Below, one piece after another: positions 44,331-55,227 of a stretch of DNA of 64,000 nucleotides. A program made the translations under genes and the position numbers. This DNA is from Vulcanimicrobiota bacterium (GTDB taxonomy: Bacteria; Vulcanimicrobiota; Vulcanimicrobiia; Vulcanimicrobiales; Vulcanimicrobiaceae): NCBI GenBank assembly GCA_963714015.1, contig OY970223.1, positions 3,328,001 through 3,392,000 of the forward strand, in the 5' to 3' direction. The notes beneath the pieces were generated by a model, which worked only from the letters and a program-made list of their open reading frames with translations, did not search any database and was not told the DNA's origin. Position 1 is the stretch's first letter, and every line of letters starts with the position of its first letter.

Positions 44331-45696
44331 CCCGGTTTTTCCGTTCGACCTGCGCCCAAAGCTTTCCGTGCTGCACTTGCGCCTCGATCGTCGCGCCCTC
44401 GGGTACCGCCGCTGCGTCGCGCACGGTACGTCCGTTCAACGTCACGATCGCATAGCCGCGTTCGAGCGGCGACTGTGGATTCGAGGCGTTCAGCTTAGCG
44501 GCAACCAGTTCGAAGCGGCGCGTGGATCGCTCGAGTGCAGCGCTCTGCTGCCGGTCGAGGCGGCCTCTGAGCGCTGCCAAGCGGTCCAGCCGCGGCAGAA
44601 GCGGCCGCGCGGAAAGCGCTTGCAGCGTGGAACGCAGCGACGCCAGCCGTTCGCCCCGCTTGGCCAAACGGCGCTGCGGCGTTTGGGCGTTCAGACTGCG
44701 TTCGAGCTGCGCGGCGCGGCGTTCGGATTCACGCCAGCAGTCCCGAACGGATCGAACCAGACGCGCCGAGGTGTCGTCGAAGCGCTGTGCCCGGGCTAGG
44801 AAGATCCGCCGGATCGCGTGTTCGATCTCGCTCTGTGAGTGCTGGACTTGCGTGAGAAAGCGTTTTCCGATCTGTCCGAACCAGTGCGCCGCGTTCGAGG
44901 GCGTCTCACAGCTCTCATCGGCGACGAAATCGCTAAGCAGCACGTCTTGCGTGTGGCCGATCGCCGAGATTACCGGATGTTTGGCTCGAACGATCGCGCG
45001 CAGCACCGGTTCGCGATTGAACGTGAACAGCGACTCGTAGGAACCTCCGCCCCGCGTGACGACGATCGCGTCGACCTGCAGCTTCGACGCTTTGTCGATC
45101 GCTTCGGCGACGTCGATCTCCGCACCGTCGCCTTCCACGCGTGTGGAGACGGTCAGCACTTCGACGAAGGGCGCTTCGCGCGCGAGCGTCGTGAAGAAAT
45201 CCTCAACGCCGCGGCCGCCCGGCGTCGACACCACGGCAACGCGCGTCGGGAACTGCGGCATCGGCCGCTTGCGCGACTTCTCGAACAGGCCCTCTCTGCG
45301 AAACTTCTCCTTCAGCGCTTCGAACTGCGCGTACAGGGCGCCGATCCCGGAGAGCTCGACGTTACGGACGATCAGCTGATATTGTCCGTATGGCGCATAG
45401 ATCGTGAAGTCTCCGTCGCAGATGACTTCCGTTCCATCCTTGAGCGGCGGCAGTTTTGCCGCGTTGTTCGCCCAGACGACGCATTTCAAGACATCAGTAT
45501 GCTCTTTGAGATCGAAATACAGCCGGCCGCCTCTTTCACGCAGATCCGAGATTTCGCCGCGCACGCGAAGCGTCGCGAGCGCTCGGTTCTGTTCCAGCAG
45601 CCTGCGGATGTAATCGACGACGCGGCTGACGCCCTGCACCGGCTCCATCCCGGGCGCCGGCGGCTGCGGCTTGGAGAACAGGGAGTCCTGCGTCAT
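44323..45696 (-). CDS. xseA: Exonuclease VII large subunit
   Basis: RGEIS, YFDLK, RGGGS, ISAIGH, TPS, LERGY. Confidence 0.95.
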   Translation of the reverse strand: MTQDSLFSKPQPPAPGMEPVQGVSRVVDYIRRLLEQNRALATLRVRGEISDLRERGGRLYFDLKEHTDVLKCVVWANNAAKLPPLKDGTEVICDGDFTIYAPYGQYQLIVRNVELSGIGALYAQFEALKEKFRREGLFEKSRKRPMPQFPTRVAVVSTPGGRGVEDFFTTLAREAPFVEVLTVSTRVEGDGAEIDVAEAIDKASKLQVDAIVVTRGGGSYESLFTFNREPVLRAIVRAKHPVISAIGHTQDVLLSDFVADESCETPSNAAHWFGQIGKRFLTQVQHSQSEIEHAIRRIFLARAQRFDDTSARLVRSVRDCWRESERRAAQLERSLNAQTPQRRLAKRGERLASLRSTLQALSARPLLPRLDRLAALRGRLDRQQSAALERSTRRFELVAAKLNASNPQSPLERGYAIVTLNGRTVRDAAAVPEGATIEAQVQHGKLWAQVERKNRDG

Positions 45697-47822
45697 GGGC
45701 CGGGCGATGCGGCCGGAACGGGCGATGAATCCAGCGGCACGTAATTCGTTCCGTCGCCGACCGTATCGGGAGGCTGCGTCGGATCGACCGGCGGTGCGGT
45801 CGGCTCGGGTGAGAACGTCGGCGCCGGCGGCAAACTCGCGGAGTCGTTCGAGAGTCCGACGCCTTCGCCGAAACTGTTTAGTTTGGGCGTTTGCGGTTCG
45901 CCGCACGGCGAAAGCGGCTCGGTACCGTTCAAATAATACTCCCACGGACCGTACGAGCGTCCGCAGCTTGCGATCTTCTTGACCTCGTCGCCGGGAAACA
46001 CGAAGTCATGCTTGGGGACGCCTTGGAGCGCGGCTTTCATGAAACGCGCCCAGATCCTCGCCGGAATATTGCCGCCGTACGATTCGTTCATCGGCTTGTA
46101 ATCGTCGTTTCCGATCCAAACCGCGGTCACCAAATCCGGCGTGAACCCAACAAACCAGGCGTCGCGAAAATCCGACGTGGTGCCGGTTTTGCCCGCCGCA
46201 GGCCGGCCGATGATCGCATTGGGATAACCCGTGCCGTGGTTGATCACGTCCTCCATCATGGTGGTGACGATGTACGCCGTTCCTGCGCTCACGACTTCGG
46301 TCTGCTCGGGAAACTGGTTGTCCAGAACCGTGTTCCCGAGCGAATCCTTTACGACGCGAAAGGGCGAGGGGGCGATGTGAATCCCTTGATTCGCAAGCGT
46401 TGCATAGCCGGTCGCTTGATCGAGCGGCGTGATGACGGAGGTCCCGAGCGCAAGCGAAAGATTCGCTTCCAGATTGGACTGGATGCCCATCCGATGCGCG
46501 TACTGAATCACGCGATCGACGCCGATCTCTTCGAGCAGTTTGACGGCGACGATGTTCCGGCTTTGCGCGAGCGCCGTACGCAGCGTAATTGAGCCCATGT
46601 AACTATGATCGTCGTCTTCCGGCGACCATATGCCGCCGGTGCCGTCGGGGTAGCTTACCGGCGAATCGTCGATAATGGTCGACGCCGGCATTCCCGAATC
46701 GATCGCGGCGGTGTACACGTAGGCCTTGAATGACGAGCCGGGCTGACGATGCGCCTGCCAAGCTCGATTGAATTGATTCGCCAGCGAGAAGTGCGTGCCG
46801 CCGATCATCGCCAAAATTTCGCCGGTCGAAGGACGAATCGCGACCAGCGCGGCCTCGTCCGCGCCGATGCCCTCGAGTTTGCCTTCGTTGACGCCCCAGT
46901 CGACGGCGTCTTGGGCGATTTTCTCCATGCGCGGATCCAGCGTGGTGTAAACCTGCAACCCGCCTTCATACGTCGCTTGTTTTCCGAAATCGTGCTCGAG
47001 TTGCTCTGCCGCAAACGTCGTGAACCAAGGTTCGCGAAATCCTTGCAGGCCCGAAGGACGTTCCCCGGCCAGCTGCAGCGGAGCGTTATACGCATCATCG
47101 GCCTGCGACTGGGAGACGTATCCGCTCTGAGCCATCCGATCGAGCACATGACGCTGCCGTTCGCGCGAGAGTTGCAAATCGACGTAAGGTGAGTAATCCG
47201 AGGGCGCCGCGACCAACCCCGCAAGCAGCGCTGCTTGTCCGACAGTAAGTTTGTCGACGCCGCGTCCGAAGTATGTGTGCGCGGCAGCATCGACGCCGTA
47301 TGCGCCCGATCCCAAGTAGATCAGATTCAAGTACCGCTCGAGGATCTCGTCCTTGGTGTAGTAACGGTTGATCTCCATGGCGAGCAGCGCTTCTTGAATC
47401 TTGCGCGAGATCGTCTGCTGGTCGGTCAGGAAAAGCCCGCGCGCGAGCTGCTGCGTGATGGTGGAGGCACCCTGCTCGATATGATGATGCAGCAGGTCGT
47501 CGATGCCCGCGCGCATGATTCCGCCGAAATCCACGCCGTTGTTGGAGTAGAACGTATGGTCCTCGTTCGCGATGAAAGCATCGCGCACGATGGGCGGAAT
47601 CTTGTCGATGGGCACCCAGATGCGGTTCTCTTTGAAAAGGTTTGCCAGCAGCGATCCGTCGCGCGCGTAAATACGCGTCGAGCGAGCGGGCTGATAATCG
47701 GCCATGCGGCTGATGTCGGGCAGGTTGCGCGAATAGGCCGCCACGATGCCGGCGACCGAACCGGAGACGAAGAGCACGATCAACAACAGCGCGACCGCGC
47801 AGAAACGTAAGAATCTACGCAT
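45693..47822 (-). CDS. Class A penicillin-binding protein (PBP1A)
   Basis: ED..F, GASTITQQL, RQPGSSFK, SRN, KTGT. Confidence 0.95.
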   Translation of the reverse strand: MRRFLRFCAVALLLIVLFVSGSVAGIVAAYSRNLPDISRMADYQPARSTRIYARDGSLLANLFKENRIWVPIDKIPPIVRDAFIANEDHTFYSNNGVDFGGIMRAGIDDLLHHHIEQGASTITQQLARGLFLTDQQTISRKIQEALLAMEINRYYTKDEILERYLNLIYLGSGAYGVDAAAHTYFGRGVDKLTVGQAALLAGLVAAPSDYSPYVDLQLSRERQRHVLDRMAQSGYVSQSQADDAYNAPLQLAGERPSGLQGFREPWFTTFAAEQLEHDFGKQATYEGGLQVYTTLDPRMEKIAQDAVDWGVNEGKLEGIGADEAALVAIRPSTGEILAMIGGTHFSLANQFNRAWQAHRQPGSSFKAYVYTAAIDSGMPASTIIDDSPVSYPDGTGGIWSPEDDDHSYMGSITLRTALAQSRNIVAVKLLEEIGVDRVIQYAHRMGIQSNLEANLSLALGTSVITPLDQATGYATLANQGIHIAPSPFRVVKDSLGNTVLDNQFPEQTEVVSAGTAYIVTTMMEDVINHGTGYPNAIIGRPAAGKTGTTSDFRDAWFVGFTPDLVTAVWIGNDDYKPMNESYGGNIPARIWARFMKAALQGVPKHDFVFPGDEVKKIASCGRSYGPWEYYLNGTEPLSPCGEPQTPKLNSFGEGVGLSNDSASLPPAPTFSPEPTAPPVDPTQPPDTVGDGTNYVPLDSSPVPAASPGP

Positions 47823-48222
47823 GGCCGTTTGCCGCCTTCACCGAGGAGAGCACGCCGTTGACGAAGCGGCCCGAGTCCTCGGTCGAGAAGCGCTTTGCCA
47901 ATTCGACCGCTTCATTGATTACGACGGGGCCTGGGGTCCCAGGATGGTAGCGCAGTTCGAACGTTGCCATGCGAAGGAGTAAACGGTCGATCGTCGGCAG
48001 TCGTTCGATAGTCCAGCCTTGAAGCAGCGGCGAGAGCGTCTCGTCACTCTCTTCGGAGTGCTCGAGCGTCCCAAGAACGAGCTCCTTCACGAACAGGCGT
48101 TGCGCCGATTCGCTGAACGTCGCCAGATATTCCTCGAGCACTTCAGCGGGATCGCGATGCCCGACTTCGACGGAGAAAAGCGCCTGCAGCGCGAGTTCGC
48201 GGGCCATCCGGCGTGTGGGCAT
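47815..48222 (-). CDS. nusB: Antitermination factor NusB
   Basis: RR.ARE.ALQ.L, INEAVELAKRF, FVNGVL. Confidence 0.96.
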   Translation of the reverse strand: MPTRRMARELALQALFSVEVGHRDPAEVLEEYLATFSESAQRLFVKELVLGTLEHSEESDETLSPLLQGWTIERLPTIDRLLLRMATFELRYHPGTPGPVVINEAVELAKRFSTEDSGRFVNGVLSSVKAANGHA

Positions 48223-48231
48223 GCCGTTTGC

Positions 48232-49578
48232 CTAGACCCGTTCCTGCATCAGCGCCGGCAAGAAGTCGATGGCGTAATGCCCGGATCTGAACTGCTCGGT
48301 TCCCAGGATCTCCAAACATTGCTCGATCGTCGTGTTGACGCCCTCGACGACCGTTTCACGCAGCGCGCGCTCCATGCGGGCGATCGCGGCTTCGCGCGTC
48401 ACTCCCACCGCCACGATCTTCGCAATCATCGAGTCGTAGAACGGCGGCACTGTGGCACCGGAGTACACCGCAGTGTCGACGCGAATACCCGGGCCTCCCG
48501 GGAACGCGACGCTCGTGAGCGTTCCGGCTGCCGGCGCAAAGTTATTGCGCGAATCCTCCGCGTTTACCCGGCATTCGATGGCATGGCCGACCGGTTTGAG
48601 ATCGGACTGCGTGTAGCCCAGCGACTCGCCCGCCGCAACGCGGATCTGCTCCTTGACCAAGTCGATGTTGTACACCATCTCGGTAACCGGATGCTCGACT
48701 TGTATGCGCGTGTTCATCTCCATGAAATAGACTCGTTCGTCCGCAACGAGGAACTCGAGGGTACCCGCATTGCTGTACTTCACCGCCTTGGCCGCGCGAA
48801 CCGCCATATCGAGCAGCGTTTGACGCGCCTTGGCCGGAAGATTCGAAGCCGGCGCCTCCTCGATCAGCTTCTGGTGCGACGGCTTCTGCACGGAGCAATC
48901 GCGCTCGCCCAAATGCAGCACGTTGCCGAAGTTGTCGCCGAGAATCTGCACTTCGATATGGCGCGGCTTTACGATCAATTTTTCCAGGTAGAGGCGACCG
49001 TCTTTGAAACCGGCTTCGGCTTCCGCCGTAGCCGAATCGAAAGCGCGTTCCAGGTCGTCGGGGGAACGCACCTCGCGCATTCCCTTCCCCCCGCCGCCCG
49101 CTGTGGCTTTGAGCAAGACGGGATACCCGATTTGCTCCGCCGCGAGCTTGGCTTCTTGCGCCGAAGGCAAGATGTCGGTTCCCGGCGTCGTTGCGACGCC
49201 GGCTTCCTTCATGACGCGCTTTGCCGTCGCCTTATCACCCATTGCGGCGATGACGTCCGGCTTGGGACCGATGAACGTTAGAGCGTGGTCCGCACAGATC
49301 TCCGCAAACCGGGCGTTCTCGGCGAGAAACCCGTACCCGGGATGGACGGCATCGCAGCCGGTGATCAGGGCAGTCGAAATGATGTTCGGAATGTTCAAAT
49401 AGGAACGTTGAACTGGTCCCGGGCCGACGCAAAACGCCTCATCCGCATGGCGCACATGCAGCGAATGTCTATCGGCTTCGGAGAAAATCGCGACCGTTAG
49501 CACGCCGAGCTCGCGGCAAGCGCGGTTGATGCGCAACGCGATTTCACCGCGATTCGCGATAAGCACCTTTTTAAACAA
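48232..49578 (-). CDS. accC: Biotin carboxylase
   Basis: [43 protein letters not shown]. Confidence 0.96.
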   Translation of the reverse strand: MFKKVLIANRGEIALRINRACRELGVLTVAIFSEADRHSLHVRHADEAFCVGPGPVQRSYLNIPNIISTALITGCDAVHPGYGFLAENARFAEICADHALTFIGPKPDVIAAMGDKATAKRVMKEAGVATTPGTDILPSAQEAKLAAEQIGYPVLLKATAGGGGKGMREVRSPDDLERAFDSATAEAEAGFKDGRLYLEKLIVKPRHIEVQILGDNFGNVLHLGERDCSVQKPSHQKLIEEAPASNLPAKARQTLLDMAVRAAKAVKYSNAGTLEFLVADERVYFMEMNTRIQVEHPVTEMVYNIDLVKEQIRVAAGESLGYTQSDLKPVGHAIECRVNAEDSRNNFAPAAGTLTSVAFPGGPGIRVDTAVYSGATVPPFYDSMIAKIVAVGVTREAAIARMERALRETVVEGVNTTIEQCLEILGTEQFRSGHYAIDFLPALMQERV

Positions 49579-49646
49579 GGGGACGAATCTCCCCGGCGCC
49601 CGCGAGCGCAGTTTGACGGCGCGCAGTCTGAGGTCGCAGCGCCTGT

Positions 49647-50537
49647 TCAACGGGAAAGCTCGAACAGGACTTGGCCGTACTCGACGGTTTGGCCGTCCCG
49701 GCACTTTACGGATGCGACGCGGCCCGGGCCCAGCGAACGGATGGGATTCCGGATGCCGAGTGCCTCCACGTAGCCCAGTTCGCGGTCCCCTTCCAGGCGA
49801 TCGCCGGTGTCGACGGGGTGGCGGCTGAAATGAAAGATGCCGACCAAATCAGCCTTGATGAGTTCGAGCGGCTCGGGCGGCGCTTGCGGCTGCCCGTCCG
49901 AAGCGGGCGCGGCGGCGCGCCGAACCGGTGCGCTCGCCGGTTTGCGCAGTTCCACCGAGTTCTTTTCGGCGTCTTCGATTCGCAAACGGACGAGGTCCGT
50001 GTCGATGAATGCTTCGGTCAGCGTACGGACGCGCTCAATCAGGGCCTCGTCGGACATGAGCGCTACCGATTCGCCTCCCTCCAGCGGAAAAACTCCCGCA
50101 CGCTCGCTTGGCTCGAGGGCCTGCACTGCAGGAGCAAAACTTGGGTCGAGCTCCGCGAGCGGCAGCAGCGCGAACGCCCGCTCGAACAGGCGCGGGTGAG
50201 GGATCTGCAGATCGGCCTCGTTCACCATGACCTCGCCATAGAGCAAGATGTCCAAATCTAGGACGCGCGGTCCCCACCGCGGCCCCTCGACGCGTCCGAG
50301 CTCGTTTTCGATTTGCTTGAGCCCGGCGAGGAGCTCCCGCGGTTGCGTTTCCGTTTCGATGAGGGCCACGGCGTTGTAAAAATCCGGCTGATCGGCGACG
50401 CCCCACGGTTTGGATCGATAGAGCCGCGAAACCGCGAGAACGCGGCCAAATCGTTTCAACGATCGAACGGCGCAGCGTAATAATCGCACGGAGTCGCCCA
50501 GATTGGAACCCAGTCCTATTGCAGCGCGAACGCTCAA
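49647..50537 (-). CDS. folK: HPPK (FolK) in frame with a C-terminal BCCP-like domain lacking the biotinylated lysine
   Basis: [25 protein letters not shown]-terminal VG.F...[12 protein letters not shown]...[12 protein letters not shown]. Confidence 0.85.
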   Translation of the reverse strand: MSVRAAIGLGSNLGDSVRLLRCAVRSLKRFGRVLAVSRLYRSKPWGVADQPDFYNAVALIETETQPRELLAGLKQIENELGRVEGPRWGPRVLDLDILLYGEVMVNEADLQIPHPRLFERAFALLPLAELDPSFAPAVQALEPSERAGVFPLEGGESVALMSDEALIERVRTLTEAFIDTDLVRLRIEDAEKNSVELRKPASAPVRRAAAPASDGQPQAPPEPLELIKADLVGIFHFSRHPVDTGDRLEGDRELGYVEALGIRNPIRSLGPGRVASVKCRDGQTVEYGQVLFELSR

Positions 50538-50911
50538 CGGCGCACGTTGGGATTTTCTCGCCGCAGCCCAACACTCGGCGTTGCGCCGTCCAACAGCTCC
50601 GGTTTTGCGACGCGCACATGCGCGGCAACGATGCGATCGTTCGTGAAAATCGCCTCGAGAATCGCCTCCGCCAGCCCTTCCAGCAGCGCAAAAGAACGAG
50701 ACTGCACGGTTCGAACCACAGCCGCATGGACCGCCGCATAGTTCACGGTATCCGACAGGTCGTCACTGCGCGCAGCCGCAGCGAGGTCCGCTTCCATTTC
50801 CAAATCCACGACGAACGGCTGCTCTCGATCGCGTTCGCCCGGGTTGACCCCATGTTTACCGTTCACGCGAATGTTCCGCAGAGCAATCACGTCCATCCCG
50901 CCGGCCTCCAA
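50534..50911 (-). CDS. folB: Dihydroneopterin aldolase
   Basis: HGV..GE....Q.F..D; SDDL.DTVNY; LLE.LA. Confidence 0.93.
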   Translation of the reverse strand: MEAGGMDVIALRNIRVNGKHGVNPGERDREQPFVVDLEMEADLAAAARSDDLSDTVNYAAVHAAVVRTVQSRSFALLEGLAEAILEAIFTNDRIVAAHVRVAKPELLDGATPSVGLRRENPNVRR

Positions 50912-51753
50912 TTGCGGACAATCGCGTCCGCGACGCTCACTGCGTCCCGCGCGGCTTCGACGTCGTGAACCCGAACGACGTCGATGCCTGCAGCGACCGC
51001 CAGCGCCGTGGTTGCGGTCGTTCCAAAGATGCGGTCGTCCGGGCGTTTCCCGGTCAGTTTGCCGATTGTCGATTTGCGCGAGGTGCCGATTAACGTAGGA
51101 AATCCGAGTTTCGGCAGCCGGTGCAGATCGCGCAGCACTTCCAAGTTATGATCGGCCGTCTTTCCGAAGCCGATGCCGGGATCCAAAATCACGCAATCCG
51201 GTCGCATGCCCGCGCGAACGGCGCGCTCCGCCGCTTCGGAGAGAAACTGCAGCACTTCGTCCATGACGCTGCCGCGGTAGACCGGCTCGGATTTGTTGTG
51301 CATGACAATCACGGGCGCACCGGCTTGCGCTGCCGCTTGCAGCAGCGAATCCGTCAAGCCCCAAATGGAGTTGAGCATATCGGCTCCGGAAGCGACCGCG
51401 GCCCGAAAGACGCCGGCTTTATAAGTGTCTGCGGAGATTACTGCATCGGGCAGCGCTTTACGGATTCCTTCGACTACCGGAAGCAAACGCGCGCGCTCGA
51501 TCTCCTCGTCGACTGCAACGTGTCCCGGGCGCGTGGACTCGGCCCCGACGTCCAAGAGGTCCGCGGATCGCGCGTGCTGCCGAATGCCGTGCGCTATCGC
51601 CTGCGCCGCGTCCGGTAAACCATCGCCTGAAAAGGAGTCCGGCGTCACGTTCACCACGCCCATAACGTAGGTGCGCTGGCCCCACACGAGCGTGCGCCCG
51701 CGTATCCGCAGCGCGCCTCGTTTTTCAGCGGGAGGATTGAGCGGCGACGACAT
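50887..51753 (-). CDS. folP: Dihydropteroate synthase
   Basis: GVVNVTPDSFS, ESTRPG, DPGIGFGK, SRK, RVHDV. Confidence 0.96.
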   Translation of the reverse strand: MSSPLNPPAEKRGALRIRGRTLVWGQRTYVMGVVNVTPDSFSGDGLPDAAQAIAHGIRQHARSADLLDVGAESTRPGHVAVDEEIERARLLPVVEGIRKALPDAVISADTYKAGVFRAAVASGADMLNSIWGLTDSLLQAAAQAGAPVIVMHNKSEPVYRGSVMDEVLQFLSEAAERAVRAGMRPDCVILDPGIGFGKTADHNLEVLRDLHRLPKLGFPTLIGTSRKSTIGKLTGKRPDDRIFGTTATTALAVAAGIDVVRVHDVEAARDAVSVADAIVRNWRPAGWT

Positions 51754-53053
51754 GCTCCATCCACCATTCGCGCAACTCGGCGACGACGAACGTCGATCCC
51801 GTTACGACGATAAGGTCGTCGGCGGACGCGTTGCGTCGCGCGATCGTGAGCGCCTCGACCGGATCTGCAATGGCGCGCCCCCAAATGCCGAATGACTCGG
51901 CGATGCTCGCCAGACGCTGCGGCTTGGCTGCAGTTCGGCCCTGCGTTTCGAACGACGTGAAGATGTAGGAAGCGGAAAGGTCGCCGAAAGCGCGCAGAAT
52001 CTCGTGCGCATCCTTGCTTTCACCAATCGCGATCACGAATGTGTACCGTTTATCCGGAAACGTTTGCTTTAGGGCGGCCACGAGATGCGCTGCCTTATCC
52101 GGATTGTGCGCAACGTCGAACACGACGCCCGGATGGGAAGAGAAGTATTCCATGCGCCCCATCAACCGCGTTGCCGACAGACCGCGCTCTACGTCTTCCT
52201 TATTCGGGCGGAGCGTCTCGGGAAGCTGCTCGAGCGCGAGGATCGCCGTTGCAGCATTGAGTCGTTGAAAGTCCCCCAGCAACGGAAGAGCAACGTCGTA
52301 TTTTGCCTGCGGTGTGGATACGGTGAAGTGCTGCCCGCCGTATCCGGTCTCGTCGATCAGCGTTATATGCACGCTGTCGGGGACGGAGATGAACGGCGCG
52401 CCGGCGCTGCGGCACGCCTCCTCGATAACAGCGCGAGCGCCGGCGTGATCGACGGCGCTGACCAGCGGTACCCCGGGTTTCGCTATTCCGGCTTTGTCGG
52501 CGGCGATCTCTTCCAGCGTGTCGCCGAGAATCTCCATGTGATCCAGACCTACGTTCGTAATGATGCTCACGCGCGGGCGCAGCACGTTCGTACCGTCAAG
52601 CTTTCCGCCGATCCCCACTTCGATTACGGCGGCGTCGACACGCTCGTTCGCAAAATATGAAAACGCCAGCGCCAGCAGCGTCTCGTAATAGGAAGGGCGC
52701 GAAAACCGTTGCGTCGTCGATTCGATTGCCGGCATCATTGCAGTGAGGAGATCCGCGAACGCCTCTTCGGAAATGGCTGCGCCGTCGATTTGCGCGCGCT
52801 CGACTATCGATTGCAAGTGCGGCTTTGTATGCAGGCCGGTCCGCCGCCCGGACGCGGTCAGTACCGACGCGATCATCGTCGAAGTGGAGCCTTTTCCGCT
52901 CGTCCCTCCAACGTGCACCGCAGGATAGGCGTTTTGCGGTTCGCCCAGCTCGTGCACGAACGCCAGCATCCGATCCAACCGGGTGGGCTGGCGGCGTGAG
53001 ACGTTCTCGTTGATCGTACGGAGGAGATATGCTTTTGCTTGCGAGAAATTCAT
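51725..53053 (-). CDS. folC: Folylpolyglutamate/dihydrofolate synthase
   Basis: HVGGTSGKGST, EVGIGGKLDGTN, DVAHNP. Confidence 0.94.
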   Translation of the reverse strand: MNFSQAKAYLLRTINENVSRRQPTRLDRMLAFVHELGEPQNAYPAVHVGGTSGKGSTSTMIASVLTASGRRTGLHTKPHLQSIVERAQIDGAAISEEAFADLLTAMMPAIESTTQRFSRPSYYETLLALAFSYFANERVDAAVIEVGIGGKLDGTNVLRPRVSIITNVGLDHMEILGDTLEEIAADKAGIAKPGVPLVSAVDHAGARAVIEEACRSAGAPFISVPDSVHITLIDETGYGGQHFTVSTPQAKYDVALPLLGDFQRLNAATAILALEQLPETLRPNKEDVERGLSATRLMGRMEYFSSHPGVVFDVAHNPDKAAHLVAALKQTFPDKRYTFVIAIGESKDAHEILRAFGDLSASYIFTSFETQGRTAAKPQRLASIAESFGIWGRAIADPVEALTIARRNASADDLIVVTGSTFVVAELREWWMEHVVAAQSSR

Positions 53054-53535
53054 CCGTCGACTACTTCACCGCCCAGCAGTTCGAGCGCGTGCGGCAGCAC
53101 GGAGAGGACGGAGTCGAGCGACTCCCCGACGGCCTTGGGACTGCCCGGAAGATTCACGATGAGGGTACGATTGCGAACACCGGCCGTCGCCCGGGAAAGC
53201 ATTGCGGTCCTTACCACCTTCATCGATTCGGCCCGAATCGCTTCCGCAATGCCGGGCACTTCATAATCCAGAATCGCCGCTGTGGCCTGGGGAGTTCTAT
53301 CGCGCCGGCCCAAGCCCGTTCCGCCGCTCGTAAGGATAAGAGAGGCGGCGCCCCTATCACACAGATCGATCAACTCGGCCTGCAGCGCGCCGGCGTCATC
53401 CGGCAGAATCGTTTCGCGTACTATCTCGTACGCGGCGCCGAGGCGTTCCCGCATCACGGGGATGCATCCGTCGGCGCGCGTCCCCGAGGCCGCGCGATCC
53501 GAGAGCACGACTAACGCCACTTTATTCTTCGTCAC
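53050..53535 (-). CDS. mog: MogA/MoaB molybdopterin adenylyltransferase
   Basis: GGTGLG.RD.TP, SRATAG, NLPGSP. Confidence 0.92.
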   Translation of the reverse strand: MTKNKVALVVLSDRAASGTRADGCIPVMRERLGAAYEIVRETILPDDAGALQAELIDLCDRGAASLILTSGGTGLGRRDRTPQATAAILDYEVPGIAEAIRAESMKVVRTAMLSRATAGVRNRTLIVNLPGSPKAVGESLDSVLSVLPHALELLGGEVVDG

Positions 53536-54019
53536 GGCGCTCTGGCGCAGCAGAGTATTCGAACGTGCCGCTCTTTCCGCCCGTTTTTCGCAGCAAGCGA
53601 ACGGATTCCACCGTAATGGCCTTAGAGATCGCTTTCGTCATGTCGTAAATCGTCAACGCCGCGATCGACGCGGCAACCAACGCTTCCATCTCGGCGCCGG
53701 TTTGTGCCGTGGTCCGCGCCTCGGCCTCAATTGTAAGCACGTCACCGTCCCATCCGAAGTTCACGTCCACCTTGGCCAGCGGTATGTTATGCGCGAGGGG
53801 AATAAGCGACGGTGTCTGCTTTGCAGCCAATATTCCGGCCACTTGAGCGGCCGAAAACGCGTCGCCCTTTGCCAACGTCGCATCGCGCAGGGCGGTTGCG
53901 GCCTGCGGCCCCAACCGGACGCGCGCCTGCGCCAGCGCGGTTCGAAGCGTCGGGGTTTTCCCCGAAACGTCTACCATGAAAATGCTGCCGTCGGCGGCGA
54001 TATGTGAGGGTTTCTGCAC
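53522..54019 (-). CDS. moaC: Cyclic pyranopterin monophosphate synthase
   Basis: MVDVS.K, KGD, LIPL.H, TG.EMEAL, YDM.KA, KTGGKSG. Confidence 0.95.
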   Translation of the reverse strand: MQKPSHIAADGSIFMVDVSGKTPTLRTALAQARVRLGPQAATALRDATLAKGDAFSAAQVAGILAAKQTPSLIPLAHNIPLAKVDVNFGWDGDVLTIEAEARTTAQTGAEMEALVAASIAALTIYDMTKAISKAITVESVRLLRKTGGKSGTFEYSAAPERRDEE

Positions 54020-54042
54020 GGTAATGAAAAAACGAGCGAGAA

Positions 54043-55227
54043 ATGTCCACAGCGGAAGGTCTTCGCGGGAGTTCTAGCCCCGAGTCCGCGGCCCTCGGTG
54101 AAGTGCTGGCATTCTTCGGCACGGTCGCCGACTATGCCGCGGGCGCGCCGTCCGGCCAGGCGGAACGAATCGCCGGCGCGGCCGTAGGCATGGGCGCGTT
54201 AGCGGGTATGCCGCAAGAAGATCTCGACGCGCTGCACTTCGCAGCGCGTCTACGCAATCTCGGCGCGCTTGGAAATGCCGCTTTTTCGAAAAGCGATGTT
54301 CTGCCCAATCGCGGGCGCAACATGGTGTTGTGGGATATTCCGCCCGACGGCGCTCGTATCTGCGAGCGCATTGCAGCGCTTCCTCCGGCGGTTGCCGATA
54401 TCGTACGATGGCAAGGCGAGTGCTGGGACGGCACCGGTTATCCGGATCAACTTCGCTGGTCGGGCGTCCCGCAGACCGCCGGTCTATTGCATGTCGCCTC
54501 GGTATTCGCTGCGGCTGCCGAACCGGACGAGGGATTCACGGCGGTATCGGCCGAGAGCGGCCGAACCTTCGCGCCCGAGCATGTCCGAACGTTTGTGACG
54601 TGGTTTCACACTTACGGCGGCGAAATCGAAATCGTTCCAATGCCGATCGACGTCTTGGACGCTGCGAGGACGAAGCCCATGCAAGTCATCGAGATGCTTT
54701 CAGAACGCGTGGACGCCCATAACGGTACGCCGCTGCGCGCGCAGAGGATAACTCGCCGCATCGGCGACGTCGCGCGGGCGCTTCAGATCGACGATCGCTC
54801 GTCGCGAGTCGCCCAGCTTTGCGCACTGACGTTCGGCATCGGCGAGTTGCGCTCCGCGGAAGTCGAATCGCAGCAATTCGATCCGCTTGCGCGTCTGGGA
54901 ATAGAAACGCGCGCCGCGCACGCCGTCGCGGCGGCACAATTGGCGGACTGCTGCACCTTTGTGAAAGAAGCGGTGCCCGTTTTGCGCGCGCGGGCGGAGT
55001 GGTACGACGGCACCGGCCGCCCCGATCGCCTCCGTAGCGACGGCATTCCGCCGGAGGCAAGAATCCTCGCGGCGGTGATCGCTTTCGACGCTTTGGACGA
55101 CGCCTTTCGCAGCAGAATCACCGAAGAACGTGCGCTGCCGATCTCCCGGTTGGAGACGGCTGCGGGAACGCAGTTCGATCCGCAAGTGGTGCGCGCGCTT
55201 GCCGGCGTGCTGCAGGCCCGCGCGTGA
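54043..55227 (+). CDS. Tandem HD-GYP-like domain protein with degenerate HD motifs
   Basis: E.WDGTGYPD.L, E.YDGTGRPD.L, ARILA...FDAL, GTQFDP.VV; HD positions read RN and FG. Confidence 0.8.
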   Translation: MSTAEGLRGSSSPESAALGEVLAFFGTVADYAAGAPSGQAERIAGAAVGMGALAGMPQEDLDALHFAARLRNLGALGNAAFSKSDVLPNRGRNMVLWDIPPDGARICERIAALPPAVADIVRWQGECWDGTGYPDQLRWSGVPQTAGLLHVASVFAAAAEPDEGFTAVSAESGRTFAPEHVRTFVTWFHTYGGEIEIVPMPIDVLDAARTKPMQVIEMLSERVDAHNGTPLRAQRITRRIGDVARALQIDDRSSRVAQLCALTFGIGELRSAEVESQQFDPLARLGIETRAAHAVAAAQLADCCTFVKEAVPVLRARAEWYDGTGRPDRLRSDGIPPEARILAAVIAFDALDDAFRSRITEERALPISRLETAAGTQFDPQVVRALAGVLQARA

